Shown: in pieces, positions 48,648 through 62,674 of the stretch
Position numbering within the stretch: position 1 is the first letter of the stretch
Layout: every line of letters begins with the position of its first letter
Source: Eledone cirrhosa
Taxonomy: Eukaryota
Assembly: GCA_964016885.1 (NCBI GenBank)
Contig: OZ024743.1
Span: forward strand, 245,086,001-245,150,000
Length of the DNA: 64,000 bases
Direction: 5' to 3'
Translations under genes and position numbers: made by a program
Notes under the pieces: model-generated
Told to the model about the DNA's origin: nothing
The model's input: the letters and a program-made list of their open reading frames with translations, nothing else
The model's database searches: none

Positions 48648-48844
48648 CAAGGGTCAGCTGAAAAGTTCATAGGCTGACTATGAAGGAGTGATACTAGAGC
48701 TGTGAAATCTTGCATGCATTAATTTCAACTCTTCTTGTTAATAACTGCATTGTTTCTTTGCAGGGACTATGTTGAAAAATAAACCTCATTTGGTCATTCC
48801 ATGAGAGTATCTTGGTCTGCCTATGAAATTTTCAGCGGACCTCA
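48648..48844. mobile_element. mariner-type MITE
   Basis: Imperfect ~30-bp TIRs (CAAGGGTCAGCTGAAAAGTTCATAGGCTGAC / GTCTGCCTATGAAATTTTCAGCGGACCTCA) with TA flanks. Confidence 0.75.
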
Positions 48845-49337
48845 TATGTTGTGCATGATTGCAGAAATGTGCATGTCTTTTCTTTTTCCTTTTTCTCAAC
48901 AACTCATTTTTATTGATTTATTTGTTTGTTTTTTACTGGCAAATTTCTTTTCTTTTGTAAATCATATTTTAAGTCAGATGCAGATAAGGATGTGTGGTTC
49001 AGGAGTTCACTTTGCAAATATGTGATTTTAAGTTCAACTTAAGCAATTGTTTTCTACTCTAGCTTCAGATTGACCAATGCCTTGTGAGTAAAGTTTGGTA
49101 GACGGAAATTTCAAGGGCCTGTCGTGCGTGTGTGTATGTATGCGTGCGTGTGTGTGTGTGTAACTTAACAGTTCAGCAAAAAGAAGTCAATAAAATAAGC
49201 AACAAAATTGAAAAAATAAGTACTGGGGTTGATATGATCAAGAAAATCCCTTCAAGGCCGTGCCCCAGCATAGTTGCAGTCTAATGATTGAAACCAGTAA
49301 AAAAAGAATATTCATAATAGAATGATTTGGCATTTAC

Positions 49338-49493
49338 CTGAACACCCTAATGATATTGAAATTATGAAGAAGACTTCGTTCCCATGGTTCAATCATTTCA
49401 ACAAGAGGCCAGCAACAATCATCTTTTAACAGCAGTAGAATACAATTCACAAAATCTTTTTCAAACATTTCTCGCACAACAGTGGCCCACATT
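49338..49493 (-). CDS. penultimate exon of the ASB-like gene
   Basis: tttttag acceptor and gtaaat donor. The 156 nt read MWATVVREMFEKDFVNCILLLLKDDCCWPLVEMIEPWERSLLHNFNIIRVF. Phase 2 at both ends matches the neighbouring exons. Confidence 0.8.
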
Positions 49494-50153
49494 CTAAAAA
49501 GACAAAGAAAAGAGTTAACAAGTAAGAGAGGCTGTCAGGTTTAGGTACTAGCTAGAGTGTTACCCGCTGTATGCAAGAGTGGATTAAGCTTGCATGGAAC
49601 CCCTGACTGGAAATTTCATGGAGAGAAGGGTCTTGTGTATTATTTATGGTAACAAAAAAAATTAATTTGGAGCCCTTTAAAAATAGTTGGGCCCCCGGGC
49701 TTCAAGCCAGTCAGTCTCCACCCTCCTTAACACCTCACTAATTTATTCAGACTAGTGACCTCACCTTGGTTGAATATAGGATCTGGTTCAGTCTGAAATT
49801 CTGCAAACATTTACAAAAGGCTGCAGGCACCAGAAGGAGTCGGGAGAGTACAACAACTGAAACACTGTGATTATAACAACCAAGATGAGGACAGTCATCA
49901 TCACCATCATCATCAGTTTAGATCCACTTTTCCATGCTGGCATGTGTTTGACAGGTCGTTACTGAACAAGTCAATACTTAATTGGAGCTACTGTCCTCTT
50001 AGATGAGATGAGGAGAGGGGTATGTTTCACTTATGTTCCAGTTCTCGCATGATTTCTACAGCAAGATACCCTTTCTAACATCAAACACTTTACAAAGTGT
50101 ACTGTGTGTATTTAATCATGGCACCAGCACTATCAGTTCAAAATAAGAGTTAA

Positions 50154-50362
50154 CCCTTTTGATACCAACCCAACCCAGCCTAGCCAAAACTGACTCTGGT
50201 TCTATGAAACCAAACCACCCATTTTAAAAAGTTCCTATTAAAATCTTCCACTGTAATTTTATCTGAGAACCATATGTCAAGTTACTAACTTAATAATGAA
50301 ATAACTAATAATTTTAGTAAACCCCTCAGAATTCTTCATTAATTAATACAATCAAGAAAGGG
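50154..50362. mobile_element. piggyBac-like MITE
   Basis: TTAA|CCCTTT...AAAGGG|TTAA termini. Confidence 0.55.
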
Positions 50363-50454
50363 TTAAACAATATATGATAGTCCATAAAGAATATAAATAA
50401 TTTTCTAAATAGTGTGCCATTGAATAGAATAGGTACATTGTATCCTTGCATGTC

Positions 50455-52625
50455 ATAATTTTACGACTCTGGAGATGTCAACACTATACTCCAGAACATC
50501 CTGAACTCAATATAGACAACATGTGCAGCATCGTTGCCATGTAAGCAGAAAAAACATCCCAAAAGTGCAATTTGGGAGACTGCAGCAGTCCGTCTTGCCA
50601 GGAAAGAACGTTGTAATGCTGAACGTGAGTACAAACTGCATAAATCAGATATCAGTAGGAAAAAGCGAAATAAATCATCCAACCATCTCAAAAAAGGCGG
50701 TGCTTGAATTTGAGCAGCGCATAGCAACCAACCCTGACAGTAAGGTGTTCTGGAGGTATGTACACTCAAAGCAGAGGCCTCTCTCTCCAGTTGATCCTCT
50801 TCGCAATCCCCACACCAGCCAGATTACTGACGACCCCAAGGGATGTGCAGAACTCATTGTTGAATGCTATGCAGGCATTTTCACTGTTGAAAACCAAAGT
50901 GTACCATCTCCACCACCTCTGACATCGGATTCTATTACGACTATGGAATTTACACCTGCAATGCTGCGACGTCACCTTAAAAATAAATGCAACCATGCCT
51001 CTCCTGGTCTTGATGGTGTTACGTACCTACTTCTCAAACATGGTGGGTACTTCCTTCTGCACCAGCTATTATGCTTCTTTCAATTCTGTCTGAACAACGG
51101 TGCTACTCCAGAACAGTGGAAAAATGCCAGTGTCATTCCTCTGTTCAAAAAGGGTGACTGCACATCACCTGTGAACTATTGTCCAGTCAGTCTTACTAGC
51201 TGCATTGCCAAACTGATGGAATCCTGTGTCAGAGAAACACTTTGGAACTTCTGGAACTCTCACAGTCTTATCCGGCCCTCGCAATTTGGATTTATCCCGA
51301 ACTCCAGCTGCTGTGATCAACTTATCGAGTTTCTTGAAGACATCACCCGGATCACTGATGGCAGCTCATGGGTGGATGTTGTTTACCTTGACTTTGCTAA
51401 AGCTTTCAATTCTGTGCCACACAAAAGACTTATGGCAAAACTCTCTGCAATGGGTGTGAAGGATGATCTTTTTAACTGGTTGAAGTCCTTCATTCTCAGT
51501 CGAAGAGAGGTAGTCACGGTTCTGGGACAGCATTCCTCACCATATGAGATGTCATCTGGTGTACCACAGGGATCTGTTCTTGGCCCCCTTTTGTTTGTGG
51601 CATATATTAATGACATAGATGCCAACTTAAAGAATTCCACAGTTCTGAAACATGCAGATGACATCAAGCTGTACCTTGAGATAAAAAGGACAGATCCTGA
51701 ACACTATAGATCTTTCCTGCAATCTGACCTGGACACAATGCAACAATGGATCACAGACTGGCAACTGAAGCTGGCTGTGGACAAGTGTACCACCATGCAT
51801 TTTGGGAGGAAAAACCCAGCGTCCACATACTCCCTCCACAACACTAATATCAAGAAGTCTTCTTGTGAACGTGACCTGGGCATTACTGTCAGCAGCAATT
51901 TGCGTTGGACAAAGCACGTCTCTAAAATTGTCAAGAAGGCCAAGGGTGTCTTAGCATCAATCAGCAAGACCTTTGTCAGCCGCTCTCCAGCCATCTATTT
52001 AAAGCTGTATATAGCTATGGTGCGGCCACACTTAGAATTTGCATCACCAGTCTGGAACCCCTATCTTGCTCAGAACATTGACCGCCTGGAAACTGTTCAG
52101 AGACGTGCAACCAAGCGAATACCCTCCATCAGGCATCTGCCATAGTTTGAACGCCTTGCTTCCCTGGGCATGGATACATTGAAGCTCCGACATCTGGAAA
52201 CTGACTTGTAAACACCCTCAAAATTATTAACCATCTTGCCAACAACCATCCTGAACACCTTTTTGATTTCCATGTGTCTATTACACGTGGGCATGCCTAC
52301 AAAGTCAGAAAGCAGCACAGCTCCCATGACTTTCAGAAACATTTTTTCACGCTCAGAGTTGCTGAAGCATGGAACAAACTACCTGCATCAGTTGTTAGCT
52401 GTCGAGACACTGCATCCTTTAAAACCTCCATGCTTCCTGAGATTCGCCAACACTACACCTGATGCCCCCCCCCCCCCTCCATACACACGCACACATGTAT
52501 TTCATGACTCGTACACTGTTCACTTTCCTGACATTTGTACATTATTCTATGTACTATACATGCACCTTTGATGAGTTGTAGTGCATCTGAGCACTGTACA
52601 CAATAATTTCATTATTATTATTATT
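50455..52625 (+). mobile_element. CR1-type LINE, longer degenerate copy (ORF 50523-52145)
   Basis: Same family as 38906-40074. YADD is changed to HADD, there is a premature stop at 52143 followed by frameshifts, and it ends in an (ATT)n tail. Confidence 0.9.
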
Positions 52626-53296
52626 GTAAGAGGCATCATGTTGGGCCTGAGTTCGAGTAGAGACCTTGCTGGGCCTGAGTTATTGTAGAGACCTAGTTGG
52701 ACCTGAAGGCTGAATTGCTGTAGAGATCTAGTTGGGTCTGACGTTTGAATAACTATGGAGACTTAGTTGGGGCTGAATTGTAGTAAAGACCTGGTAGAGA
52801 CGAAGTTGCTGGGATGGAGTTGGTGTCAGGAAAGGTATCTAGCTGTATAATATTTCCTCAAAAAGTCCCACCCAACCCATACAAACAAGGACAAGTCAGT
52901 GTAAAAACAATGTACAGGCTGACTGTTACAAACTGAAAGCTTACAATTTATTAATAATTGTTTCTACTTTAGGCACAAGGCCAGCAATTACCCAGTGCAT
53001 TACTGGTACTTTATTTTATCGACCCCGTAAGGATGAAAGGCAAAGTCAACCTCGGCGGGATTTGGATAGAGCAACAATAACAAAGATATTGACGTTATCA
53101 CAACCAGATTAAATTCTCAAAGGATTGGTTTTCCAAGAAAGAAAACACAATTAGTACAAATATTTTTCATTATCAGAGAGATATCAGATAAATTAGATAA
53201 CAGTAGCCATCTGTACAATAAGGTGCAGTAGGTATAACTATAGTCAACTAATGAAATTAGTATTAGTTTTAACAGTAATATATAATAAACAGTATG

Positions 53297-53299
<3 letters not shown>

Positions 53300-53386
<87 letters not shown>
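53300..53386. repeat. (GA)n microsatellite
   Basis: Read directly. Confidence 0.95.
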
Positions 53387-53388
<2 letters not shown>

Positions 53389-53559
53389 AGTCAGTTGGTG
53401 TGTATAAATAATCATTATTATAAATAATCATTATTATGATCACCATTTTTATATCTGCTTTTCCATGTTTCTTTATCTATGCTGGCATGAGTTGAAAGGA
53501 TTGTTACAGGCTAAGTCAGTATTCAATTATAGCTACTATTCAGGCTGGGAGACATATCA

Positions 53560-54060
53560 CATGCTGGGCCTGAGTTCGAGTAGAGGCCTTGCTGGGCCTG
53601 AGTTATTGTAGAGACCTAGTTGGGCCTGAAAGGCTGAATTACTGTAGAGATCTAGTTGGGTCTGAAGCCTGAATAACTATGGAGACTTAGTTGGGTCTGA
53701 ATTGTAGTAAAGACCTGGCAGAGACGAAGTTACAGTAGGGACCTTGCTGGGATGGAGTTGGTGTAGGGACCTTGCTGGGACTGAGTTGCTGTAGAGATCT
53801 TGCTAGGACTGAGTTACTGTAGTGACCTGGCTATGTCTGAATTCATGTAGAGACTGAGCTAAAACTGAGTTACAGCAGGGACCTTATTTGGCCTGAGTTA
53901 CAGAAGAAGCATTTATGGGTCCGAGTTACGGTAGAGATCTTGCAGGACCTGTGCTGCTATGGAGGCCTTTCTGGGTCTGAGTTACTATAGATACCTTGTT
54001 TGGTCTTAGGTACAGTAAAGATATGGCTGTGCCTGAGTTTAAGCAGAGACATTACTGGGC
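53560..54060. repeat. degenerate ~25-bp tandem repeat, partly duplicated at ~52640-52825
   Basis: Recurring GCTGGGCCTGAGTT..TGTAGAGACCT-like words. Confidence 0.65.
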
Positions 54061-55025
54061 CAAGAAACCACTGTAGTCTGATTTGGCCTGATTTTAGTGT
54101 TTCAGATGAAATACAGTATTTTATTACAGCTCTCTATGTTCCTGGTTTCAAACCCTGCCAAGATCAACTTTGCATTTCATCCTTTCAGGTTCAATAAAAT
54201 AAGTACCAGTAAAGTACACTAGTGAGTATATTTGACTTTATTCTGTCTCCTAAAAATGGTTGGCTTTGTGCATAAATTAGAAAATCTTATTATGAAATGT
54301 GGTGGTGGTGATAGTGATGGAGATGGTGGTGGTGATGAGGATGATGATGATTGAATGAATTTTCCAGAGTGCGAGTTTTCCCATTTGCTTTCTGTAGTAT
54401 GTAAGATGTTATTCACATTGTAGTTACAAAAGCTCAAGGATGGTATGTAATAAAGACAAACAGCATAAAATCAATTATCTATTTATGGAAATCAATCACT
54501 TCTATTTATGGAGGAGATGAAGCTGTTTGATCTATTTATTGTTCATCTGGATTAAAAAAAAAAAAAATAAATTAAAAAAAAAAAATCAATGAACAAATAT
54601 TTGAAACTTAACAATCTTCCACAAAATCTATGTCACTTAGTCTGCTGGTAAGACTAACAACACAATGTTGATGTTACTGACATTACTATCATCATCTACT
54701 CAAGCCTCAGACTGATCAATGCCTTGTGAGCGAAATTTGGTAGATGGAAACTGTGTAGCAGTTCATTGTATATAGCAGGGAAAACAGGTATTGAATGTTG
54801 ATGACATGTGTGTCTCTCTGTTTATGTTTACTGCTTGTTTATGTCCCGTAACATAGAAATTCAACTAAAAGATATTGATAAAATTGAAAAACAGAAGTCT
54901 TGGGGTCAATATAATTAAATCCCATCAAAGTAGTGCCTCAGCATAGTCATAGTCTAATGGATAAAAAGAATAAAAAAACAAATAAATTATAACAAAAAAT
55001 TAAAAAAAGTAATAAAAAAAATTAC

Positions 55026-55164
55026 CTCTCCAAACTGTGAAAGCCTTTATGCAGATTAACACCAATTTTCAGGTAATATTCTAAAACATCAGCACTGCCA
55101 GAAAATAGAGACACCTGCACAGGTGAGCGTCTTTTGTAATCTCTTACCTGGATTGAAGCACCAG
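55026..55164 (-). CDS. ankyrin-repeat exon of the ASB-like gene
   Basis: Long pyrimidine tract plus ttttcag acceptor, and a gtaat donor. Reads GASIQVRDYKRRSPVQVSLFSGSADVLEYYLKIGVNL, an ankyrin pattern. Confidence 0.82.
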
Positions 55165-56234
55165 CTGAAAATAAAAATAAATAAACAATTAAATGAATAA
55201 ACAAACAAATAAACAAACAAACAAACAAAATAAATGACAATACACAAGTATTTCAAGACCTGCTAACCATGATAGGCTTCATACTCATCATGGGGTCCTT
55301 TTTGAAGCTATCTTCTACAGCAATTGTTTCATAGATTTTCACTACCAAACACCCCTTTTACTTAAATGAATTTTTCCAAGAGACTCCCAACAGTTATTTC
55401 TTTCCCAGATTGTTACCAGTGACAATAACAATTGTAAAAAGAGAACTGTTTATAGAGAAGGCTAGATATCCATTAGCATTTGCAGATCGTGTTTTTAATG
55501 AAGTACATGAAATGTTGAACTTATCTGCTGAATCCCAGTACTTTATATTGATCCCAGTACATTACTTTTATCAACTTCTGGAAAAATGAAAAGTAAAGTG
55601 AAAACTTTCATCAGCATTATCATAATTTTACATCCCATTTTCCATGCTTGCATGAATTTGACAGGTCTTCTCTAGAACACACTACCACTCATTGTGATCC
55701 TTCATCTCATCTGTGATGTTCAGTGTTTTGAGATTAGCTCCCACTATTTCTACTCAGATTTTCCTTTGTCTTCTACTGCAGGTTCCTTCCAGTAGCTCTT
55801 CTTCAGCCAACAATCATCATCTATACATATCACATTCTCATACCAATGCAATCTTCATTCTTGCACATTACATCTTATTCCTCTTATGCCCAGTTTTTCT
55901 TTCAGCTTGTCTGTGCTTCATCATTCATGCACATTAAACATCCAATGAAGCCTGCTTGCTTTCTCTCCAGTCTTCACATATCCTCTGCATTCACCACCCT
56001 GTCTCATTAACATAGAAAAATCAATATGACTTCTTAAAATCAATGAAAGATGAAATTCTTGAGAACATTCCAGTAACTGAAGACAATAGAACAACAATAT
56101 ATACAGTTATTTCTTTATTCAGCCTGGAGTAAGGGGCTATGCCTATGGTCTTTGTAGCTAAAGTTGATGTGATTAATATTCCTCTTAACTCTTGATACCA
56201 AACAGGTTATATAATACAGAGCTGTTTGTTTTAA

Positions 56235-56455
56235 CCCTTTAGCATTTAAACCAGCCATATCCAGCCAAAATTCTCTCACCTCTTTCTGTTCAAACCAGCT
56301 GTAACCAGCCACTCATACAGATGTGTAAGTATGGTTCTCAAAATAAATAATATCAAAATCTCGTAGATTCAATATTATGTGAGATTATAATGTGAGGTAA
56401 AGCCTTTACTGTGAAAATATAATAGTAAATATAGAATAATGTAAATGCTAAAGGG
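56235..56455. mobile_element. piggyBac-like MITE
   Basis: Perfect 14-bp TIR CCCTTTAGCATTTA with TTAA on both sides. Confidence 0.8.
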
Positions 56456-56589
56456 TTAAAGTGTTTAAATCTATCTAAAATCCTGCCAGTATCATTTTAA
56501 TAAGAACCTCTGTTAAATTCTCTAAACACCATCCTAATAATGAGGAAGTTAAGTTATATTAATAAAACCTTCCAAATTCTTGATTATTT

Positions 56590-57230
56590 TCAAAATGACT
56601 TGAAAATCACAGGCAGTGTTTTTCAGATGCAAGTTGATGATTGCAGGAAAAACATGGATAGGGATGGAATTCCAGAGAGGTGACATTCTGGGAAGGAAGG
56701 ACTGGATATAGTGGTTAGTGGATAGAACAGAAGATGGAGGAAGAGCAGTATATGGATGAGAGGTGAAGAGGAGATAATTAAGTAAGGAGTGCCTGAGTTG
56801 TGGAGGCAAAAGCCGAGCTAACTGAGGACCAGAGGTATGTTCCATTATGACAGCAATACCAGACAGGTTATTCAGTCCACTGCAGACTAAAAGGGACCTC
56901 ACCACTCTATGTAGTCTCTGATCACTTGCCAAATTTATGTTAAGCATCACAGTGCTTGTAATGGTGAGTGTGTCTTTTCTAGTGTATATGGCAAGTCAGC
57001 AGCCAACATGGTCAAAAGTTGGAGTGTTCCAGTGTGTTGATGAGTGACTTCATGAATAACAACAATGGTGACACTGCAACAACAATGACAATGGAGCTAT
57101 CATCATCTAATAGCAAGAAATATCAAATAATGATTTTCTCTGCAACAGAAAATGTGCTGTCAAGCTCCATATATGCTGTGGTAGGGTGTTTATTGAGACT
57201 GTATATGAATATATTCAAGTAGTGTGTGTA
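56590..57230 (-). pseudogene. old degenerate LINE 3' fragment
   Basis: SHPYT...SFLPRMSPLWNSIPIHVFP resembles a LINE ORF2 C-terminus. The boundaries are approximate. Confidence 0.5.
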
Positions 57231-58899
57231 TATAGAGGTGGTAACTACCTATTATTATTTAAGCAGTTGGATGTGATTTAATTTGATTAAAATAATCAAA
57301 TATTAGGGATCCAAGACTGAGATGTAATACATACAATGAAATATATGTGTTTTGCAATAAATGTTATTCCCACTCTTCTGGATTGTGATGTTTTAAATAA
57401 TAATTTTGTAAATTTCTCTGTGTGTGTGTACGTGAATGTGGGTGTGTGTCATCGTAAAATGTATATTGAGGCTGTATCAGGGTGTATATTGAGGCTATAT
57501 TGAGGCTATATATTAATATAACAAATACAAGACACCTTGTCTGATGTTTCAATAATTACCTCAATCCACCACCTTGGCTGGGTACTATATTTTAATGACC
57601 TCAGAAAGATGGAAAACAAAGTTGACCAAAGGATTTGAAATCAGGATGTAAAAAGCCAGAACAAATACTACAAAGCATTTTGTCTAATGCTCAAAAGATT
57701 TTGCTAATCCTCCAACTTTCAGTAGTGGTGAATTGGCAGAGTCATTAGACTTGAATATTTGTTCTGATTCTCTGCATTTCAAGTAATAATTCCACCAACA
57801 AGGTTAACTTTGCCATTCATAAATAGAATACCAGTCTAAGGGCAGAGGATTGGTAGAATTGATAAAGAATCAGCAGAATGTTTTGTAGTATCTGATCCAG
57901 CTCAGTGTGTTCTGATTTCAAATCCTGCCTCCTATCAAGAATTATAAGCTGCATGCAATTAGTATTAGCAATGGAAAGACCAAAGGAAACAGTTTCCTTG
58001 GTGCAATCTGATGATCAACTCCTTTTTTCTTCTTCCAGGCATCATAGTATAGCATTAACACAAAAGTATGGTTACTGTAGAATGGCTAAGATACAGCACC
58101 ATTGATCTAGATATGAACAGTTGGAAAGCTGCTAGTGGTATAATGTACAAGAAGAATTATACCACTGGTCTTTGAAGTAATCTCTGTTACCTACACGACC
58201 ACATTACAATGTGGACTGCATATTTTATAAAAACATATTGGTTGACAAGGAAGTAAAGAGTGCTTATTAACTAAAGCTCAATGTGTACTACTTATAAAAC
58301 ATTTACATGTCAAACTTGTTCCATGACCTTTGTGACTTTGCAGTGCACTTAAACTAGAGCAGCAGATTAACTATCTTACCATAGAAACCATGCTAAAATA
58401 AGGAACATATAAGCAAGATGTGATTCACTGACTTTGCTAGTCTTATACTATGGTGAGATGTCAAATCCATACCAACATGGACTGTAGGCATAACATGATG
58501 TGTGGTAGCACAAACTCTAGTTTGATTTCTCAACTGTTTACCAACTAAAAAACTGATTTTAGAGGAGTCTAAACTATGATTCCACTGTGAGATGGGTTTG
58601 GCGTGGCCAACTGGCCTGTCCCTCCACATAACGGTGCCATCCAGTTCCACACTGTAAATATGATTGGTGTTAGGAAGGGCCAAATTTACAGTCCTGTCAG
58701 AGCAAGGTATGGTGTGGCCAATACTGGCCAGACTTGTCTCTCAATGTGGACAACCCATCTAACCCAAGCAGGCATAGAAAATGGGCATTAAATGGTGATG
58801 ATGATGATATATAACATAAAAGACACTTGCCCAGGGTGTCATGCAGTGGGATAGAATGCAAGACCATATGCATGTAAAGCAAAGCTCTTAATGATACAA

Positions 58900-59577
58900 C
58901 CATTGACCTCCTGGAAACTGTTCAGAGACGTGCAACCAAGCGCATACCCTCCATCAGACACCTACCATACTCTGAACGCCTTGCTTCCCTGGGCATGGAT
59001 TCATTGAAGCTCCGACGTCTGGCAATGGACTTGGTGAATACCCACAAAGTTTTTAACCATCTCGCCAACTGCAACCCTGAGCGCCTCTTTGATCTCCATG
59101 TGTCTAACACACGTGGACATGCCTACAAGATAAGAAAACAGCACAGCTCCCATGACTTTCGCAGACATTTTTTCACGCTCAGAGTTGCTGAAGCATGGAA
59201 CAAACTGCCTGCGTCAATTGTTAGCTGCCGAGACACTGCATCCTTTAAGACACTCATGCTTCCCGAAATACACCAAAACTACACCTGATGTACCCCTTCC
59301 ATACACATGCACACATGTGTGTATCATGACTCGTGCACTGTTCATTTTACTGATGTTTGTGCATTGCCCTATGTACTGTACATGCACTTTTTTTATGAGT
59401 TGTGGTGCACCTGGGCACTGTACACAATATTTCATTATTGTTATTGTTATTATATCATGACTCATACACTGCTCATTTTCCTGACATTTGTACATTATTC
59501 TATGTACTATACATGCACCTTTGATGAGTTGTAGTGCACCTGAGCACTGTACACAATAATTTCATTATTATTATTAT
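58900..59577 (+). mobile_element. CR1-type LINE 3' fragment with a duplicated 3' tail
   Basis: Matches 39560-40074. The terminal ~120 bp are repeated (~59323-59450 and ~59453-59577). Confidence 0.88.
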
Positions 59578-60214
59578 ATTTTGTCCCTCGAAATCACGAA
59601 ACGCCCCCTACCCTATTTTTCCATTTTTCAATATACTACTGATTTGATATCAGTAGATTACTGAAAAATTAACAATATTCCAAAGATACCATTGCAGGCA
59701 GCTGAGAGTATAAATACATTCTTTGAAAGGAAATATATAAATTTCAAAAAAAAAGGAACATAAATGTTCTTTTTTATGAATAAGGGACCAGTTGAATTTG
59801 TTATATTCCCACCAGGCATTACCAGCTATTTTGAACATTTATACAAGAGCAACTTTGTCTATCCCAAGAATGCTCTTATCTGGAAAGAAAGTGGCAATTA
59901 TATCATTTCAAAGCTTTCCAATTTTCCCTTTAATGAAATGGACAGAATAAATGTTGATATCTAACTTGATGTCCCCTCTGCTTTGTGAACTTAGAGACCA
60001 CGGAAGAGGGTTTTCATGACCACGCGAGAGGGTATATTTATTAGTAAATGGTAAAATATATACAACAAATGAGTAGGTGAATTGTAGTAGATGGTTTCCA
60101 GTTCAGTCAGACTGCAACTACAAATAAAAAAATTGTTAGTTTGCTTTATAACAATAGCATATCCAAGTTTTCGGATAAATTAACTTACTTTAACTTTGAC
60201 CTCATTTCAATGGG

Positions 60215-61250
60215 ACCCTTGAGCTTCATGGAGTCTAGCTAACTCTTTGACGTTAGGCTGTATTTTCCTAAGATGTAGCCAGAGATCTCCACATGTAATT
60301 ACATTGTAGCGGTTGTGAGACACTGTGCAGTCTGGAAACAGCATCAAACCTCCTCTCAACTAAGTATGAGCTTGGAAAAAGCAGAGCAAATCTCTTAGCC
60401 TCTGCATGTAGGTGTGGAAATCGACGCTGAATTTCCTGTTGCATCCCAAAAAGCGGTTCACCTATTTTGGGAAATCTAATTTTGATCATGTCATCTGATT
60501 GAAGTTCAATGAATTCTTCCTGAAATTTAACATCCAAATTGTCGACGTTAGCTATGAAGTGATCTGCTCTGCTATCCACATTGGAATGTCCATCGGCAAA
60601 AGGTTGACAAACCATTCTCTCATGTTGTCTTGTAGCGCATGGAGGTGAGTGGTATAAATTTGGAATTGGTCATCGCTTACAATGTTTTGATCATTGGCGA
60701 CACTAGGAAAATTATAGAATTCCCGTCAACAAAGATTCCTTTCGATGACATTCAATTTGGCCAGGAATGTTTTCACAGCATTCCTTGCTTTAAGCAAGAT
60801 GATCTTCTTCCCCTGCAAAGCCAAAATGACGCTATTGCATTTGTCGAAGATGTCGGTGAGGTGGTGGTTTTCTTGTACAGCTCTGCGTTGCGTCCTCACA
60901 GAAACTCAATGATAGAGTTGAAGAGTTCAAAGAAGTGAGTAAAGCACTTGCCCTTTGAAAGCCACTTCACTTCAGTATGAAGGAGCAACTTGATGAATTC
61001 TTCGTCATTTTCTAGGCACAGTTGCCGGAAAATTCGTTCATTGAGGGAATGCTGTTTGATAAAATTGATTACATTAATGGCCACCTGCAAGGATTTGCTC
61101 ATCAGCTCACTGAGTTTCTTCGCAGCCAAGTGTTGTCGATGAATGACACAATGAACAGCAAATACAGATAGATTTTCTCTCTTCAGAAGAGTGACGAAAC
61201 CCTTATGTTGGCCGACCATTGTTCTTGCGTCGTCCGTAGCACACGATATA
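60215..61250 (-). pseudogene. hAT (Buster/Charlie-like) transposase relic
   Basis: Fragments ATDDARTMVGQHKGF, VHCVIHRQHLAAK, LLLHTEVKWLSKGK and LLFPSSYLVERRF, with multiple frameshifts. Confidence 0.85.
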
Positions 61251-61252
61251 TT

Positions 61253-61610
61253 GTGTGTTATATGTGGTCCTAGATGTATGTATTACCTCCCTGTATGTTG
61301 TATGTAGTCCTAGATGTATGTATTACCTGCTTATGTATTACATGTGGTCCCAGCTGTATGTATTACCTGCTTGTGTGTTGTATGTGGTCCTAGATGTATG
61401 TATTACCTGATTATGTGTTGTATGTGGTCCTAGATGTATGTATTACCTGATTATGTGTTGTATGTGGTCCTAGATGTTTGTATTACCTGGTTGTGTGTTG
61501 TATGTGGTCCTAGATGTATGTATTACCTGCCTGTGTGTTGTATGTGGTCCTAGATGTTTGTATTACCTGATTATGTGTTGCATGTGGTCCTAGATGTGTG
61601 TGCTACCCGC
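61253..61610. repeat. 40-bp minisatellite (~9 units)
   Basis: Unit TATGTGGTCCTAGATGTATGTATTACCTGATTATGTGTTG. Confidence 0.9.
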
Positions 61611-62674
61611 TTTTGTGTTTTTTCTTTTCTTTTTTTTTTTATTTGTAATATTATTTATACATTAGGGAATAAAATAGATCTACATAGTGTTAACTCGTTA
61701 TGGTTGAGTCAATAATTTCACACATGAAATACATTGTTATCGGTGAAGGAAAGACAAGATTCTAACTGGCTGCGCTTGAAGTGTCATTGACCCTGTTGAC
61801 TGTGGGTTTTTCCATTTTTAGGATCACAATTGTCGGTTAATGTCTAGACACGCCTGCACACCTGCGGTCAGACTATAGTTATGCTGTCTGCATGCTCATT
61901 CAAATGCATTCACACTGGCTGTCTCAAAGACATACAAATATGGCTTATAAAACTTACCAAAGGAAAGAATCTTCCAGCACCCCCCAAAGCTCCACTAAGT
62001 TACAAAACACAAACACAGATACAAACAAGGACACACACACATGCACACATAATCAAGTTTGTACAGTTTCAATCTACCACATTTCTCTCACAATGAACTG
62101 ATGAGTTCAAAACTATAGTAGAAAACACTTGACTAAAGTGCCACACAGTAGAACTGAACCCAAAACCATGTGGATGCAAAGTAAACTCTAACCACACAGC
62201 CAAACCTACACTTGTGTGTCATAATTAATTACACAATCAAAACAACCAATCAAGCCAGCATAATTAACAGGACATAATAAAAACACATCAACATGTAATT
62301 AATCTTAACTGAAATGAATCATTAAATTTAATTACAGCAAAGATTTAATTAAATTGTTGTTTAGCTCTAGGTTAACCCTGGTAGAACAAAGTTATTCCTA
62401 GTGTAATTAGAACTACGTTATTCAATGCATCCTTCGCTCTTTTTTCTCCAAATAGTAAGGTGTAATTTGAGGGAGTTTGGCTGCTATTTCTTGTAGGTAA
62501 AGCAACCACATAGTGGCAGGGACATTAATATTTTAACAACAAAAATGAATAAATAAATAAGGCATAGATTTAGTATCACAAATAGAATATATAGAGAATG
62601 CAGGCATGGAAAACAGACATTAAACGGTGATGATGATGATAACAATGATGTTCACACACACACACACCATGCAT

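Noticed and set aside
55142-55150. Strong internal donor CAG|GTAAGA inside the ankyrin exon
   Set aside because: Using it would give a 17-nt exon out of phase with the next exon.
56115-56220. Ankyrin-like peptide NINHINFSYKDHRHSPLLQA on the minus strand
   Set aside because: It ends in a stop with no donor site; probably coincidence.
58380-58392. Possible 13-nt micro-exon of the ASB-like gene (ttttag|CATGGTTTCTATG|gtaag), phase-compatible
   Set aside because: It overlaps a repeat-derived word (AACCATGCTAAAAT, also near 4481) and cannot be supported without RNA data.
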